Positions 1 to 8,637 of a stretch of DNA of 34,619 bases are shown here, piece by piece (position 1 is the stretch's first letter; each line of letters begins with the position of its first letter). Both the position numbers and the translations under genes were made by a program. The DNA is taken from contig QHMQ01000097.1 of the NCBI GenBank assembly GCA_003217835.1, positions 1 through 34,619 on the forward strand, read 5' to 3'. Under the pieces are notes generated by a model. That model was not told where the DNA came from. It searched no databases and saw only the letters and a program-made list of their open reading frames with translations. Source of the stretch: Verrucomicrobiota bacterium (GTDB lineage Bacteria; Verrucomicrobiota; Verrucomicrobiia; Chthoniobacterales; UBA10450).

Positions 1-442
1 AATCTTCAATGATATTGCCGTTGCGATAAGGCAGGTCGCCCAATTCGAGTGGGAGGACGTAATTGTTCCAAACCAAGGCTGACCCAAGCCCGGTGCCGAG
101 CCCGAGAAAAAGCATTCGGCGGCCGTGATAACTGCCAAGCGCCTGCATGGCGGCGTCGTTGATGATGCGAACCGGTTTACCAAGCGCTTTCTCGAAGTTG
201 AAACCGACCCAGCCCCTGCCGAGATGTTTGGGATCACTCAGGATACGCCCATCCCGCACAGGGGATGGAAAACCAACGGATACGGCAGCGAAGCTCCACT
301 CCGCTAGGAGCGGTTTCATCTGCGTCACCATTTCACGCGGCGTCATTGTTAGACCCGAATTGAACTTCCGTTTTTCGGCGCGGGAAATCATGAGTTTGAC
401 GTGTGTCCCGCCAACGTCGATGACCAGGATCTTTCTCTTCAT
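1..442 (-). CDS. ROK-family kinase, polyphosphate-glucokinase-like (first ~147 codons; continues past the window start)
   Basis: Absent from the ORF track because it has no stop inside the window. Manual minus-strand translation from the ATG at 442..440 gives MKRKILVIDVGGTHVKLMIS...VSVGFPSPVRDGRILSDPKHLGRGWVGFNFEKALGKPVRIINDAAMQALGS...LFLGLGTGLGSALV. This follows the DxGGT / NDA / GxGxG pattern of ROK and PPGK kinases, compared from memory with mycobacterial PpgK. The start overlaps the ppk stop as ATGA at 439..442. Confidence 0.7.
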   Translation of the reverse strand, partial: MKRKILVIDVGGTHVKLMISRAEKRKFNSGLTMTPREMVTQMKPLLAEWSFAAVSVGFPSPVRDGRILSDPKHLGRGWVGFNFEKALGKPVRIINDAAMQALGSYHGRRMLFLGLGTGLGSALVWNNYVLPLELGDLPYRNGNIIED

Positions 443-2667
443 GATTTTTTGGCGTCGACGATTGACGTAATCGGAGTCAATTTCGCTGACGCTACGCGTT
501 TCGGTTTGCGACTTTTCTTTGCGAGGCGACGCGAACGTTCTCGGAATTGCAATTGGGCTTGCTCGCGGGGCTCCTTCCCTTCTGGTTTGAGACGGCGATA
601 ACTTCCGTCCGGCTGCAGTTCGCGCGCTTTCACCCGATCATGGACAAACTTCGGTAAGACTTCGTCGATGATTTCGTCGCGCAGCGACGGTTGCTCAACC
701 GGAAAAGCAATTTCCACTCGCCGGAAAAAATTACGCGGCATCCAATCGGCGCTGGAGAGAAAGACCTCGCGCTGACCGGCATTCTCAAAATACAAAATTC
801 GACTATGTTCTAGAAAGCGGCCCACAATGCTGAAGACGCGAATATTTTCGCTTAAACCGGGAATTTTTGGCCGCAGGCAGCAGATGCCGCGGACGATCAA
901 ATCAATTGTCACATCTGCGCAGGACGCTTCGTAAAGTTTCTCGATAATCTCTTGGTCGACGAGGGCATTGAGTTTCGCAATAATACGAGCCGGTTTGCGG
1001 GCCAGAGCGTGATCGCGTTCTCGCTCGATTAAGCCGACCAACCTCTTGTGGAGGTCGAACGGCGCAACCAGCAATTTCTTCAATCCAGGATACCCCGCCA
1101 GACCCGTCAATGTGTTGAAAACAACTGCCACCTCTTCAGTCAATTCCGGCTCGCAAGTAAAAAGACTGAAATCAGTGTAAATGCGGGCAGTACGCGGGTG
1201 ATAATTGCCGGTGCCTAGATGGACATAATGACGAAGCCGGTCGGCGTCGCGCCGCACGATGAGAAGGGCTTTGCAATGCGTTTTCAAACCGACCACGCCG
1301 TAGATAACGTGCGCCCCAGCTTCTTCGAGGCGACGCGCCCATTGAATATTGACCGCTTCATCAAACCGGGCGCGTAACTCAACCAGCGCGGTAACCTGCT
1401 TCCCCGCTACCGCGGCATTGATTAACGCCTCGACGATGGGCGAATCACCGCTCGTCCGATAAAGGGTGATCTTAATCGCGAGGACCTGGGGATCCTGCGC
1501 AGCCTCCTCGATAAGTTCGACAACGGGATCGAAACTCTCGTAGGGGTGATGGAGCAGCACATCCTGGCGGCGCAAGACCTCAAAAATATTCACGTGCGGA
1601 GGGAGCGCCGGATCACGGGAGGGTTGGAATGGCCGATCCCGTAGATTTGCGAAAGCGTCGTTCGCAATCAGAGGTGCGAGATGAGTCATGGAAAGCGGCC
1701 CATCCAGTTTATAAACGTCCGCTTCGGTCAGATTGAAAAACTGGAGTAATAGATCGCGGAAATCCTTCGGACAATCGACCTCCACTTCCAAACGCACGGC
1801 ATTGCCGCGGCTGGAGCGCCGGAGTTCCTGCTCGATTGTGCGCAAAAGATTTTCCGCTTCCTCTTCGTCAATATAGAGATCGCTGTTTCGCGTGACGCGG
1901 AAAGCGTGCACTCCGTCAAGGATAAGGCCGGGAAATAGTTCGCCAATATGGTGCTTGATCAGTGAAGCCAGGTAAATATAGATCCAAGGCTCGTCCTCAC
2001 CTTTGCTGCGCGGCATGGCGATCAGGCGGGGAAGCACGCGTGGCACCTGCACGATGGCGTGAAGCGGCTCTCCTCCGCGCTGAGTTTTGGCCCGAACCAG
2101 CAAATTGTGACTTTTGTTTAAAAGCTGCGGGAACGGGTGGCTCGCATCGACCGCCAGCGGCGTGAGCATGGGAAAAACTTCTTCCTGAAAATAGCGGTGT
2201 GCCCACGCAGCGCGTTTCGCTTTGAGTTCAGTCACGTTGGGGATGCGGATGCCGTTTTTCGTTAGCTGCGGAAGCAACTCCTCGTTCCAGAGTGAATATT
2301 GTGCCGCCACCAATTCGCGCACTATGCGCTGGATGCTGTTGAAAGTATCGGTGGGACTCAATCCGTCCGGACCAAGATGGCTCGTTTCGCTTTCAATCTG
2401 CTGCTTGATTCCAGCGACCCGAATCTCGAAGAACTCATCCAGGTTCGAGCTAAAAATGCTAAGGAACTTGACGCGCTCTATGAGTGGCTGCGTCGGATCC
2501 TGTGCTTCTTCGAGCACGCGACGATTGAACTCAAGCCAGCTCAACTCGCGGTTGATAAAATTTTTCGGATCGGAAAAACGATTTTCGGCGGGAACCTCCT
2601 TCCGAAGGATCTCGACGTCCGCGGAAGGCTGGTCGGCAACAGTGGCTTTCGCAGTAGCTGTCGGCAT
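439..2667 (-). CDS. ppk: polyphosphate kinase 1
   Basis: 742-aa ORF. It carries the N-terminal FINRELSWLEFNRRVLEEA, the phospho-His region GLKTHCKALLIVRR, and GTGNYHPRTARIYTDFSLFT. The overall PPK1 length is as expected. Confidence 0.95.
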   Translation of the reverse strand: MPTATAKATVADQPSADVEILRKEVPAENRFSDPKNFINRELSWLEFNRRVLEEAQDPTQPLIERVKFLSIFSSNLDEFFEIRVAGIKQQIESETSHLGPDGLSPTDTFNSIQRIVRELVAAQYSLWNEELLPQLTKNGIRIPNVTELKAKRAAWAHRYFQEEVFPMLTPLAVDASHPFPQLLNKSHNLLVRAKTQRGGEPLHAIVQVPRVLPRLIAMPRSKGEDEPWIYIYLASLIKHHIGELFPGLILDGVHAFRVTRNSDLYIDEEEAENLLRTIEQELRRSSRGNAVRLEVEVDCPKDFRDLLLQFFNLTEADVYKLDGPLSMTHLAPLIANDAFANLRDRPFQPSRDPALPPHVNIFEVLRRQDVLLHHPYESFDPVVELIEEAAQDPQVLAIKITLYRTSGDSPIVEALINAAVAGKQVTALVELRARFDEAVNIQWARRLEEAGAHVIYGVVGLKTHCKALLIVRRDADRLRHYVHLGTGNYHPRTARIYTDFSLFTCEPELTEEVAVVFNTLTGLAGYPGLKKLLVAPFDLHKRLVGLIERERDHALARKPARIIAKLNALVDQEIIEKLYEASCADVTIDLIVRGICCLRPKIPGLSENIRVFSIVGRFLEHSRILYFENAGQREVFLSSADWMPRNFFRRVEIAFPVEQPSLRDEIIDEVLPKFVHDRVKARELQPDGSYRRLKPEGKEPREQAQLQFRERSRRLAKKSRKPKRVASAKLTPITSIVDAKKS

Positions 2668-2680
2668 TTATTTCCTGTTG

Positions 2681-2711
2681 ATTCGCGGCTGGAAAAATTC
2701 AGCACGCGAAT
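2681..2711 (-). promoter_or_regulatory. Hairpin in the phoU-ppk spacer (11-bp stem with one bulge, 8-nt loop); function unknown
   Basis: The plus strand reads ATTCGCGGCTG-gaaaaatt-CAGCaCGCGAAT. No U-tract follows on the coding (minus) strand, so it is not a canonical intrinsic terminator. Confidence 0.3.
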
Positions 2712-2768
2712 TCAAACAATCACTGCTTGAAAAGTTAGGCAACAGCCAAAAGAGTGGTAATCGCCGCG

Positions 2769-3455
2769 TCAAGTCGAGGCCGCTACTCCTTGATGCCGGA
2801 TGTCTTCGGCGGCAGCAGCATAAACGGCGTCTTCGGCGATGTTGGTGGCATGATCCCCGACGCGCTCGAGATGACGGCCGATGAACATCAAATTGAGGTA
2901 GCCACGCAGCTGTTCGGGATCCTGCGCCATGCGTTCGATCAAACGACGGCTGGCAACGCGGTTTAGGTCATCGAGTTTTGCATCACGCGGCACGATGGCG
3001 CGACCGAGCTCGACATCTTCCCGGACGTAAGCGTCGACACTGTCCTTGAACATCGCCATCGCCTGTGCATTCATCGGCAGAATCAATTCTACTTCCGGCA
3101 GGGGCGGATGCTGGTTTAGCTTGCGGGCCCGGCGGGCAATGTTGGTCGCCTGATCGGCGATGCGTTCGAGGTTTGAGGAAAGCTTCATCGCCGAGACGAC
3201 GCGCCGCAGATCGGAAGCTACCGGTTGAAAACGCAGCAAAATATCTACGCCGTCCTTGTCGATTTGGATCTCAAGCTGATCGATCTCCTCGTCGTCGGCG
3301 ATCGCGTTGGCACAAATATCGTCGTCGCGCTCAGTCAAGCCTTTCATCGCACGTTCAAGGCTGCGCTCAGCCAGCCCCGCCATCATCAGCACATTATTCC
3401 GCAGCGAGCCCAGGGCTTCGTCGAAGGTTCCAAGAATATGTCTGTGTGCGATCAT
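2769..3455 (-). CDS. phoU: phosphate signalling regulator PhoU
   Basis: 228-aa ORF with the duplicated PhoU helical repeats (..LERIADQATNIA.. and ..LERVGDHATNIAE..). It sits directly downstream of pstB. Confidence 0.9.
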   Translation of the reverse strand: MIAHRHILGTFDEALGSLRNNVLMMAGLAERSLERAMKGLTERDDDICANAIADDEEIDQLEIQIDKDGVDILLRFQPVASDLRRVVSAMKLSSNLERIADQATNIARRARKLNQHPPLPEVELILPMNAQAMAMFKDSVDAYVREDVELGRAIVPRDAKLDDLNRVASRRLIERMAQDPEQLRGYLNLMFIGRHLERVGDHATNIAEDAVYAAAAEDIRHQGVAAST

Positions 3456-3504
3456 CGATTGTTCATTTCTATCTTACTCTTCCCAGGGTCTGCTTGAATT
3501 CGAA

Positions 3505-4323
3505 TTAACCAAATCGGCCAGTAATATAATCCTCCGTCTGTCGTTGGCTTGGATTTGTGAAAATTTTCGTGGTCGGCCCAAACTCGATCAGGCGTCCAAG
3601 ATAAAAGAAAGCGGTGTAATCAGAGACGCGCCCGGCCTGTTGCATGTTGTGGGTCACCGTCACGATCGTGTACTCGGCTTTGAGTTCGTGGATCAATTCT
3701 TCGATCTTGGCGGTAGCGATAGGATCGAGCGCCGAACAGGGTTCGTCCATGAGAAGCACCTCCGGTTCCACCGCGAGCGCACGCGCAATGCAAAGCCTCT
3801 GCTGATCGTCTTTTACCTCATCCCAGAGCGCTGCCATACGGAGCGATTTTTCCAGACGTTCGTTGAGAAATTTCTGATTCCGTACTCCGTTCAATCGCAA
3901 GCCGATTATAACGTTCTCGCCAATCGACATCGTCGGAAACGGATTCGACTTTTGAAAAACCATGCCGACGCGGCGGCGAACGATCGCTGGATCGACGGTG
4001 CTGGAATATAGATCTTCGCCTTGGAGAAGAACTGTCCCTTCGACACGCGTCTTCGGCACAAGCTCATGCATGCGATTGAGACAACGAAGAAAAGTGGATT
4101 TTCCGCAACCGCTTGGCCCAATGATCGCAGTCACGGCGTTCGATGCGATATCGAGGGTTACATCATCAATGGCGCGTTTCTCTCCGTACCAGACGGACAG
4201 ATTCTTTACCTGGAAAGTTAACGGCACCGCTGACTCGGACGTTGACGTCGAAATCGGCTCGGTCGCCCGTTCGGCACGCTCGATAACGGTTCGCTCCGGA
4301 GTTGCCATAACTAAATTAACCAT
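3505..4323 (-). CDS. pstB: phosphate ABC transporter ATP-binding protein PstB, with an in-frame loss of the ABC signature segment
   Basis: Walker [11 protein letters not shown]-loop VFQKSNPFP, Walker [13 protein letters not shown]-loop VTHNMQQA and the PstB-typical C-terminus [11 protein letters not shown] are all present. The LSGGQ segment is absent (see findings). I placed the start at the ATG at 4323, 13 nt after the pstA stop. The ATG at 4308 is an alternative. The track ORF extension to 4506 overlaps pstA. Confidence 0.85.
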   Translation of the reverse strand: MVNLVMATPERTVIERAERATEPISTSTSESAVPLTFQVKNLSVWYGEKRAIDDVTLDIASNAVTAIIGPSGCGKSTFLRCLNRMHELVPKTRVEGTVLLQGEDLYSSTVDPAIVRRRVGMVFQKSNPFPTMSIGENVIIGLRLNGVRNQKFLNERLEKSLRMAALWDEVKDDQQRLCIARALAVEPEVLLMDEPCSALDPIATAKIEELIHELKAEYTIVTVTHNMQQAGRVSDYTAFFYLGRLIEFGPTTKIFTNPSQRQTEDYITGRFG

Positions 4324-4336
4324 TCGCAAAACAAAG

Positions 4337-5197
4337 CTAGACCACGGACGCCGTACGCCCGCGTGTAAGAATTCTAACCACAACGTTAACGCAAAAAATC
4401 CCGGTGACGAGGACGAGGGCGCCGGCCCAAGCCTGGCGATGCCAATCGTCGTACGGCGAGATGGCGTAAGTAAAAATCTGCAACGGCAGCGCGGCGATCG
4501 GCTCACTCAGGTTATGATTCCAAAATCGGTTCCCGAAAGCGGTGAAAAGGAGCGGCGCCGTTTCGCCGCCGACGCGCGCCAATGCCAGCAGAATGCCAGT
4601 AATGATCCCCTTGGACGCAGTCTTCATCACGACATGCACGATTGTTTTCCAACGGCTTACCCCGAGAGCAAGCGCGGCTTCGCGATATCCATTCGGCACT
4701 AGCAGAATAACTTCTTCGGTTGTGCGTATGATTAGCGGGATCATGATCAGCCCAAGCGCTAATCCGCCGGCGTAAGCCGAGAAGCCTTTAAAACGCAACA
4801 CGACCAGCCCGTAAACTACCACACCCCAGGTGATCGAAGGGACACCGTTGAGCACGTCAGCGATAAAACGCAGCATCGAATTCACCCGAGCCGAGCCGTA
4901 CTCAGCAAGGTAAACTCCGCCCAATACGCCGACCGGAATTCCGATCGCGGCGGCGAGCGCGAGCAGCTCGAGCGACCCGGCGATCGCGTTCACCATTCCG
5001 CCACCAACCACACCGACTGGCGTCGGCAATTTCGTGAAAAAGTCCCAGTTCACGGAACTGGCGCCGTTAGCGACAAGATGAAAAAACACGAGACCCAATG
5101 GCGCGATTACAAGAAGCGCAGAAACGAACGCGGCCGTCGATGCCAGTCCGCTTTTGGCCTTGCGCCAGGTATGATTGTCTGCTCGTTGCAAATGCAT
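4337..5197 (-). CDS. pstA: phosphate ABC transporter permease PstA
   Basis: 286-aa polytopic membrane ORF with the EAA-type loop ([14 protein letters not shown]). It is the second permease in pstSCAB order. Confidence 0.9.
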   Translation of the reverse strand: MHLQRADNHTWRKAKSGLASTAAFVSALLVIAPLGLVFFHLVANGASSVNWDFFTKLPTPVGVVGGGMVNAIAGSLELLALAAAIGIPVGVLGGVYLAEYGSARVNSMLRFIADVLNGVPSITWGVVVYGLVVLRFKGFSAYAGGLALGLIMIPLIIRTTEEVILLVPNGYREAALALGVSRWKTIVHVVMKTASKGIITGILLALARVGGETAPLLFTAFGNRFWNHNLSEPIAALPLQIFTYAISPYDDWHRQAWAGALVLVTGIFCVNVVVRILTRGRTASVV

Positions 5198-5199
5198 CG

Positions 5200-6192
5200 C
5201 TATTGCACCGCGCGTGTTGTGGACGTCGTGCTCATTGTTTGCAGAAGAAGCTGCGCGAGCAAATTGGCCAGAATCGTTGTTCCCAAAAGCACCAGTCCGA
5301 TCTCGAATAACGCCTGGAGATACATATCCGTGGTCGCTTCGGTAAACTCGTTCGCAATCACGCTGGCGAGCGTGTACCCAGGTTTGAAGAGCGACGCCGC
5401 GATCTGCGGTGTGTTGCCGATCACCATTGTGACCGCCATGGTTTCACCGAGCGCGCGTCCGAGGCCAAGAATGACCGCGCCGAACAAGCCTTTCTTCGCG
5501 TAACTAAGCACCGCAATCCGTGTTACTTCCCAGCGGGTCGCGCCGAGCGCGTAGGCGGCTTCGCGTTGCAAATTCGGTACACTGCGCAAAATCTCCCGGG
5601 AGACCGAAGTGATGATCGGCAGGATCATAATCGCGATAATGATCCCGCCGGCCAGCATGCTGGTGCCATAGATCGGGCCGGTGAAAAACGGCGTCCAACC
5701 GAAGAGGCGCTTCAGCAATGGAAACGGATAATCGCGCAGCCATGGGATCATTACAAAAATGCCCCACAACCCCAGGATCACGCTTGGAATCGCCGCCAAC
5801 ATTTCAATTAAGGAAACCAAAGGCTGCCGAATCCAGAGCGGCGCAAGCTCCGTCAGATACGCCGCTGTCGCGATGCTCAATGGCACGGCGATGAGTAACG
5901 CAATCAGGGAAGAAACCACCGTTCCGTAAATAAATGGTAGAGCCCCGAATTGATCTGCGACGGGGTCCCAAGTCGATGTGGTGAGGAAGTGAAATCCAAA
6001 TTTCTTGATGGCAAGTGAAGATCCACGCCACAGTTCCCAGCCGAGAAGAATGACGAGCACAACCACGGCCATCGCCATCGCCAGTGTGAGCCACTCGAAT
6101 GCTTTGTCGCCAAAGCGCGAGGGCGGCGCCATCGCGCGCCGCGCGGAGTGCGGCTCAACCGTTGCGACTGCTGGAGGTGTGGCAATCTCCAT
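5200..6192 (-). CDS. pstC: phosphate ABC transporter permease PstC
   Basis: 330-aa polytopic membrane ORF with the EAA-type loop (REAAYALGATRWE). It lies 2 nt upstream of pstA and 11 nt downstream of pstS. Confidence 0.9.
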   Translation of the reverse strand: MEIATPPAVATVEPHSARRAMAPPSRFGDKAFEWLTLAMAMAVVVLVILLGWELWRGSSLAIKKFGFHFLTTSTWDPVADQFGALPFIYGTVVSSLIALLIAVPLSIATAAYLTELAPLWIRQPLVSLIEMLAAIPSVILGLWGIFVMIPWLRDYPFPLLKRLFGWTPFFTGPIYGTSMLAGGIIIAIMILPIITSVSREILRSVPNLQREAAYALGATRWEVTRIAVLSYAKKGLFGAVILGLGRALGETMAVTMVIGNTPQIAASLFKPGYTLASVIANEFTEATTDMYLQALFEIGLVLLGTTILANLLAQLLLQTMSTTSTTRAVQ

Positions 6193-6203
6193 GCGATTTC
6201 ACA

Positions 6204-7223
6204 TTACATTTCGATCTCGTCGATTCGCTTCAGAACGCGTTGCTGAAGATTGTCCGGCATGGGCGCGTATTGGAGATCTTTGGCCATCTTCTCGCCGTCT
6301 TTGGCGGCCCATTTCAAAAATTCAACGAGCTTCTTTCCTTTGGCTGCGTCCTTCTGTTGCTGGTAAACGAGCAACCAAGTCGCGCCTGCAATCGGATAAG
6401 CATCCGCTCCCGGCGCGTTCGTGATGGAAAAGCGAAAATCGTCCGGGATATCGGCTGTGGCCAATGCCGTCGTGATCGACTCGATCGATGGCTTTACAAA
6501 ATTGCCCGCTGAATTTTTTACCTCGGCATACGGCATCTTGTTTTGGATCGCGTAGATCAGCTCCACGTACCCGAGCGCGCCCGGGGTTTGCTTGATTTGA
6601 CCGGCCACACCTTCATTGCCTTTGCCACCGATGCCAGTCGGCCAGTTGACCGAGGTATTTGTGCCCACTTTCGTCTTCCATTCTGGACTGATTTTGCTCA
6701 GGTAGTCGGTCCAAATGTAGGTCGTCCCGCTGCCATCGGATCGGTGGACGACTACGATCTCTTGATCGGGCAATGTGACTCCGGAATTTAGCCCCGTGAT
6801 CTTCGGGTCGTTCCACTTTTTGATTTGGCCGAGAAAGATGCCCGCGATTGTGTCAGCATCAAACTTGAGTGCCGGATTTCCCGGCAGGTTGTAGGCAACC
6901 ACATCCGCCCCGGCGACCGTTGGAATATGCAAGAGTTTGCCCGGCGCCTTCGACAGATTCTCATCGCTCATCGGACCATCCGATGCGCCGAAATCCACCG
7001 TCTGCGCGAGAATTTGCTTTTGGCCTCCGCCAGATCCAATCGACTGGTAATTAAATCGAACAGCGGGATCAATTTTCGCGTACTCATCGAACCATTTTGA
7101 GTAGATTGGATACGGGAAAGTTGCGCCTGCGCCGTTAATCATCATCTGCGCCGAGGCGGTCGTACTGATTCCGGCTAAGAGCACGAGATTGAAAATTTTG
7201 CGGGCAAATCTGGAAGATTTCAT
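6204..7223 (-). CDS. pstS: periplasmic phosphate-binding protein PstS
   Basis: 339-aa ORF with a signal peptide (..LLAGISTTASAQ). It then shows GAGATFPYPIYSKW, SIGSGGG and HRSDGSGTT, which are typical of PstS. Confidence 0.9.
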   Translation of the reverse strand: MKSSRFARKIFNLVLLAGISTTASAQMMINGAGATFPYPIYSKWFDEYAKIDPAVRFNYQSIGSGGGQKQILAQTVDFGASDGPMSDENLSKAPGKLLHIPTVAGADVVAYNLPGNPALKFDADTIAGIFLGQIKKWNDPKITGLNSGVTLPDQEIVVVHRSDGSGTTYIWTDYLSKISPEWKTKVGTNTSVNWPTGIGGKGNEGVAGQIKQTPGALGYVELIYAIQNKMPYAEVKNSAGNFVKPSIESITTALATADIPDDFRFSITNAPGADAYPIAGATWLLVYQQQKDAAKGKKLVEFLKWAAKDGEKMAKDLQYAPMPDNLQQRVLKRIDEIEM

Positions 7224-7271
7224 ATGTGTTCCCAGCCTGCCGCAGTGCGCGCGGAACGGTCAAAAAGTTTA

Positions 7272-7291
7272 GTGTTACTTTTGTGTGACAG
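7272..7291 (-). promoter_or_regulatory. candidate Pho box upstream of pstS
   Basis: The minus strand reads CTGTCACacaaAAGTAACac. That is two 7-nt units at 11-bp spacing, and the first matches the E. coli Pho-box half CTGTCA(C/T). It lies 49-68 nt upstream of the pstS ATG. The second unit is degenerate, and the spacing to a -10 (TAAACT at 7271..7266) is not canonical. Confidence 0.35.
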
Positions 7292-7338
7292 CTGCGCAGC
7301 TGACCCATTTGCAGGGACGACCTCAGTGTCGCCCTTTT

Positions 7339-8631
7339 TTAAGTGGACGGAACAGAGCTCGTCCCTCCAGGCAAAACCACGCGAATCGTCGTTCCGCAGC
7401 CAAGCTCGCTCTCGGCTTCCACACGTCCGCCGTGCAATTGGGCAATGTGTTTGACGATTGCCAGTCCAAGACCAGTCCCGCCGAGCTCCCGGCTGCGGGC
7501 TTTGTCGGCGCGGTAAAAGCGTTCAAAGATGCGGGGTAAATCATCCTTGCTGATTCCGAGTCCATCGTCACTGACGCTGAGGACGATTTCGGAATCGCGC
7601 CGCGCCGCTTGCAGACGAATCTCGCCGTTCTCGCGCGAATATTTCACCGCGTTCTCTAGTAAATTGTAGAGAACTTCCTGGAGTCGTGTTTCATCTGCGC
7701 GGATTGGCAGTGCATCCGGTGGAAGATCGACAACTACCTTTAAGTTTTTCTCGCCGAGTTTTTCTTTCCAATCGCGGAGAACGTGATCGAACAATTCTGG
7801 CAGCCGGACCTGGCCGATTTCCAAGTTGGTGTTTGCGGATTCCAATTGGGCAAGGCTCAGCAAATCATCGATCAGAAGCCCAAGCCGTTTGGAATGCCGT
7901 TCCATGACCTGAAGAATGCGTGCCAGTTCTTCGCGAGAAGTCTTCGGGTTTTCAACCAATGTCTCGATATATCCGCGCAAGATCGACAACGGCGTTCGCA
8001 GTTCATGCGAAACGTTCGCGACAAAATCGCTCCGGACCTGATCGAGTCGCTTCAATTGCGTGATATCGTGAAACAGAACGACCGCGCCAGTTGTTAGATG
8101 GACATCGTCCTTCATGGGGACTGCGCTGACCTCGACATGGCGCTCGGCGTTGGTTTTCGAGTCGGTCACGGTCAATTCGCTTTGCATCGGCTTGCCGGTA
8201 CGCAGCGTTTCCGCGATTAACCGATCCAGCGTCGCATGGCGGACGGTCTCAAGGAATGGAGCGCCTACGTTTGCCGCGTCTCGGAGCCCGAAGAGGTTTT
8301 CAAGAGTTCGATTCATCAGCGTAATGTGGCGGCGCGTGTCGACCACGAGCAGACCATCCTGCATCGCTCCAAGAATTGCTTGCGTCCCGGATTCGCGGCC
8401 TGCGATCTGCTGATCGAGTTGTTGCTGGCGGCGGAAAATATTTTCCAGCGCCAGCCCGACACGCTGCGCTAGCGTGCCACCATCGACAAGAAACGTGCGC
8501 GGCCGTTCGCCACCAGCTATTTGCCTAACGAGTTGCTCGATGTGTCGCCACGGTGCGATCCATTTTCGCCAGGCGACAAGCGCGATCGTCGCGAATACGA
8601 CAAAGATTACACCCAGAAATAGCCACGACAT
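7339..8631 (-). CDS. phoR: phosphate-regulon sensor histidine kinase
   Basis: 430-aa ORF with a single N-terminal TM segment and a PAS-like region. It has the H-box SHELRTPL and N/G boxes (LLENAVKY, DDGLGI, GGTGLGLAIVK). It starts 6 nt after phoB and lies next to pstS. Confidence 0.85.
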   Translation of the reverse strand: MSWLFLGVIFVVFATIALVAWRKWIAPWRHIEQLVRQIAGGERPRTFLVDGGTLAQRVGLALENIFRRQQQLDQQIAGRESGTQAILGAMQDGLLVVDTRRHITLMNRTLENLFGLRDAANVGAPFLETVRHATLDRLIAETLRTGKPMQSELTVTDSKTNAERHVEVSAVPMKDDVHLTTGAVVLFHDITQLKRLDQVRSDFVANVSHELRTPLSILRGYIETLVENPKTSREELARILQVMERHSKRLGLLIDDLLSLAQLESANTNLEIGQVRLPELFDHVLRDWKEKLGEKNLKVVVDLPPDALPIRADETRLQEVLYNLLENAVKYSRENGEIRLQAARRDSEIVLSVSDDGLGISKDDLPRIFERFYRADKARSRELGGTGLGLAIVKHIAQLHGGRVEAESELGCGTTIRVVLPGGTSSVPST

Positions 8632-8637
8632 TTCGCG

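Noticed and set aside
4324-4506. N-terminal extensions in the ORF track: pstB to 4506, otsA to 33009, otsB from 32708, the SnoaL-like gene from 33838, and the small ORF to 26688.
   Set aside because: The extensions overlap neighbouring genes or run antisense through them. They add Arg/Pro/Ser-rich sequence absent from family N-termini. Internal starts reproduce the canonical N-termini.
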